A stretch of 10,236 nt of DNA from Escherichia coli (GTDB lineage Bacteria; Pseudomonadota; Gammaproteobacteria; Enterobacterales; Enterobacteriaceae). The notes under the pieces were generated by a model, which worked only from the letters and a program-made list of their open reading frames with translations, did no database searches and had not been told where the DNA came from. The DNA is taken from NCBI RefSeq assembly GCF_003334355.1, contig NZ_QOWP01000056.1; one strand, 5' to 3'. This document shows positions 1 through 7,894 of the stretch, one piece after another. Positions within the stretch are counted from its first letter, which is position 1; each line of letters begins with the position of its first letter. The position numbers were made by a program, and so were the translations under genes.

Positions 1-158
1 TCGAAACGTACTCTCAACAGTTCGCTTAGGCATGGAAGTTTTGCGGCATTCTGGCTACACAATAACAAGGGAAGACTTACTCGTGGCTGCAACCCTACTA
101 GCTCAAAATTTATTCACACATGGTTACGCTTTGGGGAAATTATGAGGGGATCTCTCAG
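1..158 (+). mobile_element. IS10 (Tn10-type) terminal segment: transposase 3' end plus terminal inverted repeat; element continues beyond the window edge
   Basis: 137-158 AAATTATGAGGGGATCTCTCAG is the reverse complement of the IS10 terminal repeat CTGAGAGATCCCCTCATAATTT as I recall it. The frame ending at 145 reads as an IS10 transposase C-terminus. Recognised from memory, not verified by search. Confidence 0.7.
2..145 (+). CDS. IS10 transposase, C-terminal fragment (5'-partial at window edge)
   Basis: Open frame from window start to TGA 143-145; translation ...[37 protein letters not shown] matches my recollection of the IS10 transposase C-terminus. Stop lies 13 bp inside the IS terminus. 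Confidence 0.65.
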   Translation, partial: RNVLSTVRLGMEVLRHSGYTITREDLLVAATLLAQNLFTHGYALGKL

Positions 159-267
159 CACCCTGCGTGAGTTTCACGAGAAGCTGCGTGAACTGCTGAC
201 GACGCTGAATCTGAAGCTGGAACCGGCGGATGATTTTCGTGATGAACCGGTGAAGTTAACGGCGTGA
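159..267 (+). pseudogene. crl: crl 3' remnant (sigma-S-binding factor Crl); 5' two-thirds replaced by the IS10 insertion
   Basis: Frame translation [35 protein letters not shown] (stop 265-267) matches the Crl C-terminus as I recall it. Convergent with phoE as in E. coli. Sequence upstream of 159 is IS10, not crl. Confidence 0.7.
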
Positions 268-276
268 GTGAAATGT

Positions 277-297
277 GCCGGATGTATCACATCCGGC
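277..297. terminator. Hairpin between convergent crl and phoE; candidate bidirectional intrinsic terminator
   Basis: GCCGGATG (277-284) / CATCCGGC (290-297) perfect 8-bp stem, 5-nt loop, A/T-rich flanks on both sides, placed between two convergent stop codons (267 and 306). Confidence 0.5.
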
Positions 298-305
298 AAT
301 ATCCA

Positions 306-1361
306 TTAAAACTGATAGGTCATGCCAACCGCGACAATATCATCATTATTAATATTCAATTTGTTATCGCTATCCAGTTGGTTGATTTTATAATCAACAA
401 ACGCTGACATATTTTTGTTGAAATAATACGTAGCCCCGACATCGATATAATTGACCAGATCTTCATCACCGATACCTTCAATATCTTTCCCTTTCGATAA
501 GACATAACCCAGCGATGGACGCAGACCAAAGTCAAACTGGTATTGAGCGACCGCTTCAAAGTTCTGTGTCTTATTGGCAAAGCCGCCAGTTATTGGCGTC
601 ATTTTGCGTGTTTCAGAATAAAAAGTTGCCAGATAAATATTATTGGCATCGTATTTCAGACCTGTAGCCCATGCTTCTGCACGCTTGCCTGTGCCACGGC
701 TTTGCAGGTTCTGCTCGTTGGTGCGATCTGAGTTGGTATAGGCCCCACTAATGGCGAAATCGCTGCCGCCAAAGTCATATGTCAATGACGTGCCGAAGCC
801 ATCGCCGTTTTGCTTTTTAACGTCGCGGTTTTCGTTTTTCCCTTGATATTGCAGGGTTAAGTTCAGGCCATCGATAACGCCGAAGAAGTCGGTGTTCCGA
901 TACGTCGCCAGACCGCTGGCGCGTTTGGTCATAAAGTTGTCGGTCTGCGCCGAGGAGTCGCCACCAAATTCCGGGAACATATCGGTCCAGGCTTCCACGT
1001 CATACAACGCGCCCAGGTTACGACCATAATCGAAAGAACCCAAATCTTTATATTTCAACCCGGCAAAAGCGAGACGCGTTTTTTGCTGTGCAGTATCACT
1101 CTCTGCTTTATTACCGGCAAACTCTGCTTCCCAACGACCATAACCAGTCAGTTGATCGTTAATTTGTGTTTCGCCTTTAAAACCAAAACGGATATAACTC
1201 TGGTCGCCATCTTTACTGTCGTTATCACTCATATAATGCATGGCTTTAACTTTGCCATAGACATCCAGTTTATTACCGTCTTTGTTATATATTTCTGCGG
1301 CCTGTACGGATGCAGATGCCACAATGCCCATCACCACTAATGCCAGAGTGCTCTTTTTCAT
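306..1361 (-). CDS. phoE: Outer membrane phosphoporin PhoE
   Basis: 351-aa ORF; signal peptide [21 protein letters not shown], porin-type C-terminal ...VGMTYQF. Sequence recognised as E. coli PhoE. Start placed at the second ATG (1359-1361), which has AGGA 6 nt upstream; the ORF track starts 2 codons earlier at 1367. Confidence 0.96.
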   Translation of the reverse strand: MKKSTLALVVMGIVASASVQAAEIYNKDGNKLDVYGKVKAMHYMSDNDSKDGDQSYIRFGFKGETQINDQLTGYGRWEAEFAGNKAESDTAQQKTRLAFAGLKYKDLGSFDYGRNLGALYDVEAWTDMFPEFGGDSSAQTDNFMTKRASGLATYRNTDFFGVIDGLNLTLQYQGKNENRDVKKQNGDGFGTSLTYDFGGSDFAISGAYTNSDRTNEQNLQSRGTGKRAEAWATGLKYDANNIYLATFYSETRKMTPITGGFANKTQNFEAVAQYQFDFGLRPSLGYVLSKGKDIEGIGDEDLVNYIDVGATYYFNKNMSAFVDYKINQLDSDNKLNINNDDIVAVGMTYQF

Positions 1362-1442
1362 TTTCATTCCTGATTTTAATTAACGCGCGAATATTCAGCG
1401 GGAGAGTCCCGTTGAAAACAGGAAAGTTTTTAACCTAAGATT

Positions 1443-1460
1443 GTTAAAGATATATTACAG
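1443..1460 (-). promoter_or_regulatory. Pho box (PhoB binding site) of the phoE promoter
   Basis: Minus-strand CTGTAAT-ATAT-CTTTAAC, ~85-100 nt upstream of the phoE start; fits the CTGTCAT-N4-CTGTCAT Pho box pattern and the known PhoB dependence of phoE. Confidence 0.5.
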
Positions 1461-1497
1461 ATTAATAATATTCTTAAAATGTGGTAATTTAGTAAAT

Positions 1498-1517
1498 CTG
1501 TAATAAAAGCGTAAACA
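1498..1517 (+). promoter_or_regulatory. Possible second, inverted Pho box upstream of phoE
   Basis: CTGTAAT-AAAA-GCGTAAA-CA on the plus strand, i.e. inverted relative to phoE. First half-site is good, second is degenerate. Position is consistent with my recollection of an upstream inverted Pho box at phoE. Confidence 0.3.
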
Positions 1518-1648
1518 ACTGCCGCTAGGCTTGCTGATCCCGCGCAACAAAACGCCATGCTTTGCTCGCAGATAGTTGGCAACCGACGACAGTCCTGCTA
1601 AAACGTTCGTTTGATATCATTTTTCCTAAAATTGAATGGCAGAGAATC

Positions 1649-2752
1649 ATGAGTGACAGCCAGACGCTGGTGGTAAAACTCGGCACCAGTGTGCTAACAG
1701 GCGGATCGCGCCGTCTGAACCGTGCCCATATCGTTGAACTTGTTCGCCAGTGCGCGCAGTTACATGCCGCCGGGCATCGGATTGTTATTGTGACGTCGGG
1801 CGCGATCGCCGCCGGACGTGAGCACCTGGGTTACCCGGAACTGCCAGCGACTATCGCCTCGAAACAACTGCTGGCGGCGGTAGGGCAGAGTCGACTGATT
1901 CAACTGTGGGAACAGCTGTTTTCGATTTATGGCATTCACGTCGGGCAAATGCTGCTGACCCGTGCTGATATGGAAGACCGAGAACGCTTCCTGAACGCCC
2001 GCGACACCCTGCGTGCGTTGCTCGATAACAATATCGTTCCGGTAATCAATGAGAACGATGCTGTCGCTACGGCAGAGATTAAGGTCGGCGATAACGATAA
2101 CCTTTCTGCGCTGGCGGCGATTCTGGCGGGTGCCGATAAACTGTTGCTGCTGACCGATCAAAAAGGTTTGTATACCGCTGATCCGCGCAGCAATCCGCAG
2201 GCAGAACTGATTAAAGATGTTTACGGCATTGATGACGCACTGCGCGCGATTGCCGGTGACAGCGTTTCAGGCCTCGGAACTGGCGGCATGAGTACCAAAT
2301 TGCAGGCCGCTGACGTGGCTTGCCGTGCGGGTATCGACACCATTATTGCCGCGGGCAGCAAGCCGGGCGTTATTGGTGATGTGATGGAAGGCATTTCCGT
2401 CGGTACGCTGTTCCATGCCCAGGCGACTCCGCTTGAAAACCGTAAACGCTGGATTTTCGGTGCGCCGCCTGCGGGGGAAATCACGGTAGATGAAGGGGCA
2501 ACTGCCGCCATTCTGGAACGCGGCAGCTCCCTGTTGCCGAAAGGCATTAAAAGCGTGACTGGCAACTTCTCGCGTGGTGAAGTCATCCGCATTTGCAACC
2601 TCGAAGGCCGCGATATCGCCCACGGTGTCAGTCGTTACAACAGCGATGCATTACGCCGTATTGCCGGACACCACTCGCAAGAAATTGATGCAATACTGGG
2701 ATATGAATACGGCCCGGTTGCCGTTCACCGTGATGACATGATTACCCGTTAA
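1649..2752 (+). CDS. proB: Glutamate 5-kinase (proline biosynthesis)
   Basis: 367-aa ORF beginning [19 protein letters not shown]..., recognised as E. coli ProB. The track ORF begins at an upstream TTG (1562); the ATG at 1649 matches the known N-terminus. Confidence 0.96.
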
Positions 2753-2763
2753 GGAGCAGGCTG

Positions 2764-4017
2764 ATGCTGGAACAAATGGGCATTGCCGCGAAGCAAGCCT
2801 CGTATAAATTAGCGCAACTCTCCAGCCGCGAAAAAAATCGCGTACTGGAAAAAATAGCCGATGAACTGGAAGCACAAAGCGAAATCATCCTCAACGCTAA
2901 CGCGCAGGATGTTGCTGACGCGCGTGCCAACGGCCTTAGCGAAGCGATGCTTGACCGTCTGGCACTGACGCCCGCACGGCTGAAAGGCATTGCCGACGAT
3001 GTGCGCCAGGTGTGTAACCTCGCCGATCCGGTGGGGCAGGTAATCGATGGCGGCGTACTGGACAGCGGCCTGCGTCTTGAGCGTCGTCGCGTACCGCTGG
3101 GGGTTATTGGCGTGATTTATGAAGCGCGCCCGAACGTGACGGTTGATGTCGCTTCGCTGTGCCTGAAAACCGGTAATGCGGTGATCCTGCGCGGTGGCAA
3201 AGAAACGTGTCGCACTAACGCTGCAACGGTGGCGGTGATTCAGGACGCCCTGAAATCCTGCGGCTTACCGGCGGGTGCCGTGCAGGCGATTGATAATCCT
3301 GACCGTGCGCTGGTCAGTGAAATGCTGCGTATGGATAAATACATCGACATGCTGATCCCGCGTGGTGGCGCTGGTTTGCATAAACTGTGCCGTGAACAGT
3401 CGACAATCCCGGTGATCACAGGTGGTATAGGCGTATGCCATATTTACGTTGATGAAAGTGTAGAGATCGCTGAAGCATTAAAAGTGATCGTCAACGCGAA
3501 AACTCAGCGTCCGAGCACATGTAATACGGTTGAAACGTTGCTGGTGAATAAAAACATCGCCGATAGCTTCCTGCCCGCATTAAGCAAACAAATGGCGGAA
3601 AGCGGCGTGACATTACACGCAGATGCAGCTGCACTGGCGCAGTTGCAGGCAGGCCCTGCGAAGGTGGTTGCTGTTAAAGCCGAAGAGTATGACGATGAGT
3701 TTCTGTCATTAGATTTGAACGTCAAAATCGTCAGCGATCTTGACGATGCCATCGCCCATATTCGTGAACACGGCACACAACACTCCGATGCGATCCTGAC
3801 CCGCGATATGCGCAACGCCCAGCGTTTTGTTAACGAAGTGGATTCGTCCGCTGTTTACGTTAACGCCTCTACGCGTTTTACCGACGGCGGCCAGTTTGGT
3901 CTGGGTGCGGAAGTGGCGGTAAGCACACAAAAACTCCACGCGCGTGGCCCAATGGGGCTGGAAGCACTGACCACTTACAAGTGGATCGGCATTGGTGATT
4001 ACACCATTCGTGCGTAA
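2764..4017 (+). CDS. proA: Gamma-glutamyl phosphate reductase (glutamate-5-semialdehyde dehydrogenase)
   Basis: 417-aa [35 protein letters not shown]..., recognised as ProA. AGGAG 2751-2755 precedes the ATG; 11-bp gap after proB indicates an operon. Confidence 0.96.
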
Positions 4018-4022
4018 ATAAA

Positions 4023-4088
4023 ACCGGGTGATGCAAAAGTAGCCATTTGATTCACAAGGCCATTGACGCATCGCCCGGTTAGTTTTAA
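4023..4088 (+). terminator. Long-loop stem structure downstream of proA followed by a short U-run; possible proBA terminator overlapping the thrW promoter region
   Basis: ACCGGGTGATGC (4023-4034) pairs with GCATCGCCCGGT (4067-4078): 12 bp with one G-U, 32-nt loop, then TAGTTTTAACC. The loop is too large for a classic terminator, so this is weak. Confidence 0.3.
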
Positions 4089-4131
4089 CCTTGTCCACCG
4101 TGATTCACGTTCGTGAACATGTCCTTTCAGG

Positions 4132-4207
4132 GCCGATATAGCTCAGTTGGTAGAGCAGCGCATTCGTAATGCGAAGGTCGTAGGTTCGACTCCTATTATC
4201 GGCACCA
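4132..4207 (+). tRNA. thrW: tRNA-Thr (anticodon CGU)
   Basis: 76-nt sequence GCCGATATAGCTCAGTTGGTAGAGCAGCGCATTCGTAATGCGAAGGTCGTAGGTTCGACTCCTATTATCGGCACCA with encoded CCA; anticodon loop carries CGT; matches E. coli thrW. Confidence 0.96.
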
Positions 4208-4224
4208 TTCAAACATCTCCCCAA

Positions 4225-4245
4225 GTCTACTAAAGTCTTTCAAAA
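4225..4245 (+). repeat. Direct repeat copy 1 (GTCTACTAAAGTC + YYTCAAAA) between thrW and int; candidate integrase arm-type or accessory-factor site
   Basis: 13-bp core GTCTACTAAAGTC at 4225-4237 is identical to 4288-4300; flanking CTTTCAAAA vs CCCTCAAAA. Confidence 0.7.
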
Positions 4246-4287
4246 CCCCTTATAATCCGCGTATTAAAGCCCCGTTCGTCTTTTGAC

Positions 4288-4308
4288 GTCTACTAAAGTC
4301 CCTCAAAA
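4288..4308 (+). repeat. Direct repeat copy 2 (GTCTACTAAAGTC + YYTCAAAA)
   Basis: Identical 13-bp core, 63 bp downstream of copy 1. A perfect TATAAT hexamer (4251-4256) lies between the two copies. Confidence 0.7.
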
Positions 4309-4372
4309 TCTACGGTCAGATGGGGGTACTTATGGGGGTATTTGCTGTTCGGTTTAGTGGAGGTACCCCCAA

Positions 4373-5587
4373 GTGAAACTCAATGCCCGTCAAATAGACA
4401 CAGCCAAGCCAAAAGAGAAGGCTTACAAGCTGGCCGATGGTGGCGGTTTGTATCTCTTGGTAAAACCTAATGGAGGTAAATACTGGCGACTTAAATATCG
4501 TGTAGCTGGTAAAGAGAAGCTATTGGCACTAGGTGTGTATCCTGAGGTTACTCTAGCCGATGCTCGGGCAAAACGTGAAGATGCGAAAAGAGGTATCGCT
4601 GGTGGTATCGATCCGATGGAAGCGAAACGAGAGGAAAAGATTGCCCGGGAAACGCAGTTAAACAACACCTTCAAAGATATTGCCCTTGAGTGGCACAGCA
4701 GCAAATTAAAAAAATGGTCTGCTGGTTATGCTTCAGACATCCTCGAAGCCTTCAACAAAGATGTGTTCCCTTACATTGGCAAAAAACCAATCGCCGAAAT
4801 CAAACCACTTGAACTTCTGAATGTGCTGCGGCGCATTGAGGGGCGCGGTGCTACAGAAAAAGCCAAAAAAGTGAGGCAGCGGTGCGGGGAAGTTTTCCGC
4901 TATGCAATAGTCACTGGTCGCGCAGAGTATAACCCTGCACCAGACCTTACTAGCGCGATGCAAGGCCATGAATCTAATCATTACCCTTTCCTTACAGCCA
5001 AAGAATTACCTGATTTTTTCAAGGCATTGTCCAGTTACTCAGGAAGCGCATTGGTTGTTATGGCGGCTCGTCTACTGATTATCACAGGCTTGCGGACTGG
5101 CGAACTACGTGGCGCATTATGGGATGAAATTGATTTCAACAAGGCTCTCTGGGAGATACCCGCTTCACGTATGAAAATGCGGCGGCCTCATATTGTGCCA
5201 TTGTCTGAGCAGGCTCTTTCGCTTATTGGGAAGATTAGAGAAATAACAGGCAATTACCCTCTTATGTTTCCCGGGCGCAATGATCCAAGGAAAACAATGA
5301 GTGAGGCCAGCATAAACCAAGTGTTTAAGCGCATTGGCTACGCTGGACGTGTAACTGGTCATGGGTTCCGGCACACTATGAGTACGATTTTGCATGAGCA
5401 GGGCTATAACACCGCGTGGATAGAAACGCAGCTCGCTCACGTTGATAAGAACTCAATTCGTGGCACATACAACCATGCGCAATATCTGGATGGAAGGCGG
5501 GAGATGCTTCAATGGTATGCCGACTATATGGATTCTCTCGAGCATGGCGGAAATGTGGTGCATATGGTGTTTGAAAAACACGCATGA
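4373..5587 (+). CDS. Site-specific tyrosine recombinase, P4-type integrase family
   Basis: 404-aa ORF with GTG start, GGAGG 4359-4363. N-terminus KLNARQIDTAKPKEKAYKLADGGGLYLLVKPNGGKYWRLKYR is typical of the P4-family integrase N-terminal arm-binding domain; C-terminal GHGFRHT...RGTYNHAQY carries the H-x-x-R and catalytic Tyr motifs. Sits immediately 3' of a tRNA. Confidence 0.92.
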   Translation: MKLNARQIDTAKPKEKAYKLADGGGLYLLVKPNGGKYWRLKYRVAGKEKLLALGVYPEVTLADARAKREDAKRGIAGGIDPMEAKREEKIARETQLNNTFKDIALEWHSSKLKKWSAGYASDILEAFNKDVFPYIGKKPIAEIKPLELLNVLRRIEGRGATEKAKKVRQRCGEVFRYAIVTGRAEYNPAPDLTSAMQGHESNHYPFLTAKELPDFFKALSSYSGSALVVMAARLLIITGLRTGELRGALWDEIDFNKALWEIPASRMKMRRPHIVPLSEQALSLIGKIREITGNYPLMFPGRNDPRKTMSEASINQVFKRIGYAGRVTGHGFRHTMSTILHEQGYNTAWIETQLAHVDKNSIRGTYNHAQYLDGRREMLQWYADYMDSLEHGGNVVHMVFEKHA

Positions 5588-5840
5588 AACAACTGGACAA
5601 GTATACAGAGGTTTACTAAAGTATAGGGGAGTAGATTGATAAAAACTCACAGAGGATTACTATTTAACAGTTAGCCCTGGAGAAGGGCAATCGCTCTTTT
5701 AACAACGAAGATGGAATCTTCTACGCAGCTGAAAAGCTGGATGCTCTTTAACAGCCTTTGGTGCTTTCCTGATGCAGGAAAGAATAGGGATACATGCACC
5801 TTTACAATGCATGTAATGATTCATCCATGAGGCTGCGGAT

Positions 5841-5863
5841 CGCTGACAAAGCGCAATTGCTCT
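5841..5863 (+). repeat. 23-bp direct repeat copy 1 (CGCTGACAAAGCGCAATTGCTCT) with palindromic GCAATTGC core; candidate operator
   Basis: Identical to 5954-5976. Part of a 26-bp imperfect dyad TGACAAAGCGCAA|TTGCTCTTTAACA. The right arm GCTCTTTAACA recurs at 5743-5753 and, with one extra T, at 5692-5704. Confidence 0.8.
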
Positions 5864-5953
5864 TTAACATTGATGTGGGCGGGATGGTTCGTCCCGCAGT
5901 GACCGATAGATTTCTATCGGGAAACATACAATGATTCAAATATGAATCTACGG

Positions 5954-5976
5954 CGCTGACAAAGCGCAATTGCTCT
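5954..5976 (+). repeat. 23-bp direct repeat copy 2 (CGCTGACAAAGCGCAATTGCTCT)
   Basis: Perfect copy 113 bp downstream of copy 1. Similarity extends upstream imperfectly (ATGAGGCTGCGGAT vs ATGAATCTACGG). Confidence 0.8.
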
Positions 5977-6238
5977 CTTGCCTGCCCACCATGCCCTGAA
6001 AAAGGGCGTTCTTTAAAACTACTGGATGTCACGCCTAATAGCGTGATCCTGCCGAAATGCAGGGTAGCTCTACCCTTGTGGAGCAAACAAACCAAAACAA
6101 TCTGACTATCTTTTATAAAAGACCGCAATATGTTTTTCATATTGTGGTCTTTGGCGTATTCGACATTTGATGCAAATAAAACTCTCGCCATTCGTTGCAG
6201 GAGGGAGTTATTGCGTCATTAGTACAGGATATTAATAA

Positions 6239-6442
6239 ATGGCTAATTACAATTCATTAATTCGTCTCTCTGAAGTTCAAAGGCGAACTGGTTATAGCAA
6301 AGCATGGATTTATCGTCTTATTAGTCAGGGGAGGTTCCCTAAACAGGTAAAAATTGGAAGTCGGGCAATTGCTTTTGTTGAGTCTGAAATAGATGAATGG
6401 ATTGAGAAGTGTATATTAGAATCTAGAGACGAGGTGGCCTGA
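6239..6442 (+). CDS. alpA: AlpA-family phage regulatory protein (Xis/Vis-like winged-helix DNA-binding protein)
   Basis: 67-aa ORF MANYNSLIRLSEVQRRTGYSKAWIYRLISQGRFPKQVKIGSRAIAFVESEIDEWIEK...; helix-turn-helix segment and E-I-D-E-W motif characteristic of AlpA/Vis family; typical position downstream of a P4-type integrase. Confidence 0.85.
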   Translation: MANYNSLIRLSEVQRRTGYSKAWIYRLISQGRFPKQVKIGSRAIAFVESEIDEWIEKCILESRDEVA

Positions 6443-6873
6443 TGGAAAAGAAAAACCGCCCATTACAGGCGGCTAATTCAGATATTCGCGTATCTGATGT
6501 TACGCCCCTGACAAAATCCCTTCAAGCACCAAAGCGCACACCGAAAAAGCATCGTGCCAGAGTCTATATGCTGCGTACTGGTATAGAGGGATGGACAGAA
6601 AATGACATTCTTCGCTACTGCCGTCTGTCTTCTGGTCGTAACTATGCAACAGAGTTAGAACGCCAGCTTGGAATCACTCTGGAGCGTATCGACGAAAAGA
6701 ATCCTGATGGTATCGGAACACACCTTCGCTACCGTTTCTCCTGCCGTGGTGATGTTCTGAAAGTGATCACTCATGTTAACCATCTTGCGAGCATAAATGA
6801 TCACAACGGACTTTCTCAGCAGGAAATTGCCGACATTCTGAAACTCTACCCGGACGCGTTTAACGCCGCCTAA
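6442..6873 (+). CDS. Hypothetical protein (143 aa), basic N-terminal tail; function unknown
   Basis: ATG overlaps the alpA stop (TGATG); GAGGTGG SD at 6431-6437. No family recognised. Confidence 0.7.
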   Translation: MEKKNRPLQAANSDIRVSDVTPLTKSLQAPKRTPKKHRARVYMLRTGIEGWTENDILRYCRLSSGRNYATELERQLGITLERIDEKNPDGIGTHLRYRFSCRGDVLKVITHVNHLASINDHNGLSQQEIADILKLYPDAFNAA

Positions 6874-6885
6874 CGGAGACTGAAA

Positions 6886-7719
6886 ATGAACATCGAAAAA
6901 AGCAGATTAATTTCTGAGGCCGCCCCTCATCTGAACGCCTCTCTGGGCACAATTAACGGTAATGAATTTGCCGCAATTGTCCCGGTTATTCCTGGTCATA
7001 TCGGTGGGCGTGAAACCAATATTGTTAGCGCAAAAGCGTTACACAAAGCGTTGGGCGTGGGAAAAGACTTCTCTACATGGATCACTGATCGCATCTCTGA
7101 ATATGACTTCACCATTGGGCACGATTACTCAGTCCATAAAACAATTTCCCCAAATTTGGGGAAAAGCCCGAATGGCGCGGCTTACAGCAAGATTAAGCAG
7201 TCTGGCAGACCCGGCAAAGACTATCTGTTAAGTGTCGGAATGGCGAAAGAACTGGCAATGATCGAACGCAATGATCAGGGTCGCGCTATCCGCCGTTATT
7301 TCATCCAGTGCGAGGAAGAATTACAGCGTAGCGTGCCTGAAATCGCCGCCCGCTATCGTCGCCAGCTAAAAGCCCGTATCAGTGCCGCAAACAACTTTAA
7401 GCCAATGTGCGATGCGCTGAATATGGCCCGTGCCGAGATGGGTAAAACGACGCAGCAACACCACTACACAAACGAGAGCAATATGATTTCTCGTATCGTT
7501 CTTGGTGGGCTAACTGCTAAGCAGTGGGCGCGGATAAATGGCTATTCTGGCGAACCTCGCGACCATATGAACGCAGAACAGCTTGAGCACCTCTCATATC
7601 TCGAAAGCACCAATATCACGTTAATTGATATGGGCATGGAATATGAGCAGCGCAAAGGAGAACTCACCCGCCTGTCGCAACGCTGGCTCGCCAAGCGTCT
7701 GGAGGTGGTCAATGTCTAA
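6886..7719 (+). CDS. Phage antirepressor-like protein (AntA/KilAC-type N-terminal domain), 277 aa
   Basis: GGAGA SD 6875-6879. Motifs ...AKALHKALGVGKDFSTWITDRISEYDF... and ...DYLLSVGMAKELAMIERNDQGRAIRRYFIQCEE... resemble the AntA-type antirepressor N-terminal domain as I recall it. Confidence 0.8.
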   Translation: MNIEKSRLISEAAPHLNASLGTINGNEFAAIVPVIPGHIGGRETNIVSAKALHKALGVGKDFSTWITDRISEYDFTIGHDYSVHKTISPNLGKSPNGAAYSKIKQSGRPGKDYLLSVGMAKELAMIERNDQGRAIRRYFIQCEEELQRSVPEIAARYRRQLKARISAANNFKPMCDALNMARAEMGKTTQQHHYTNESNMISRIVLGGLTAKQWARINGYSGEPRDHMNAEQLEHLSYLESTNITLIDMGMEYEQRKGELTRLSQRWLAKRLEVVNV

Positions 7720-7894
7720 GCCAACAGGAACACCACAACCACAAAAACGCTACAAAGATGCCCACGGAGCACTCGTTACTGTCGAAAGCGTGTCTCACAA
7801 CCGAGTGACGTTTTATCGCGACGGGTATCAATCGCCATGCGTACAACCGCTGGCGCGTTTCATGAAGGAGTTCGCGGAGGTTAACAAATGCTAA
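7712..7894 (+). CDS. Small phage-type protein (60 aa); tentatively DUF4222-like
   Basis: ATG 7712 with GGAGGTGG 6 nt upstream, overlapping the upstream stop (ATGTCTAA). Translation [60 protein letters not shown]. The track ORF starts further upstream (7625) inside the preceding gene; the internal start is better supported. Confidence 0.65.
   Translation: MSKPTGTPQPQKRYKDAHGALVTVESVSHNRVTFYRDGYQSPCVQPLARFMKEFAEVNKC

Noticed and set aside
142-153. MRGS start resembling an expression-vector tag (MRGS-His)
   Set aside because: The sequence is the IS10 terminus read in frame, with no His codons; a coincidence, not a cloning artefact.
356-1340. Three ORFs inside phoE (356-580 minus, 543-731 plus, 1083-1340 plus)
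   Set aside because: Alternate-frame or antisense ORFs embedded in a well-recognised porin gene, without start signals.
1362-1367. phoE start two codons earlier (MKMKKS...)
   Set aside because: The second ATG (1361) gives the known MKKSTL N-terminus and has better SD spacing.
1562-1648. Track ORF extends proB upstream to a TTG at 1562 (MLADSWQ...)
   Set aside because: ProB is recognisable from [12 protein letters not shown] at ATG 1649; the upstream extension is leader sequence.
1760-4098. Minus-strand ORFs antisense to proB and proA (1760-2161, 2221-2598, 2267-2623, 2651-2875, 2742-2990, 3504-3815, 3709-4098)
   Set aside because: Antisense to highly conserved genes in GC-rich sequence where long stop-free antisense frames arise by chance.
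4423-5650. ORFs overlapping or antisense to the integrase gene (4423-4704, 4733-4981, 5165-5440, 5376-5600, 5453-5650 minus; 5442-5639 plus)
   Set aside because: Embedded in or antisense to a recognisable integrase gene; no SD sequences.
5827-5934. 35-codon plus-strand ORF starting at the ATGA of repeat copy 1 (MRLRIADKAQLLFN...)
   Set aside because: Its duplicate at 5942 stops after 5 codons; more likely part of a duplicated regulatory segment than a gene.
5841-5976. The 23-bp repeats as retron msr/msd boundaries or attachment sites
   Set aside because: They are direct rather than inverted, no reverse transcriptase is nearby, and they are too far from the tRNA att core.
5802-6191. 129-aa minus-strand ORF across the int-alpA spacer
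   Set aside because: No SD; low-complexity translation; the two copies of the 23-bp repeat are read in different frames, so the conservation is at DNA level, not protein level.
6962-7231. 89-aa ORF inside the antirepressor-like gene
   Set aside because: Alternate frame of a gene with recognisable domain motifs.
7625-7711. Upstream extension of the 60-aa small gene
   Set aside because: The internal ATG at 7712 has a perfect GGAGG at 6-nt spacing and the typical stop-start overlap; the extension lies inside the upstream gene.
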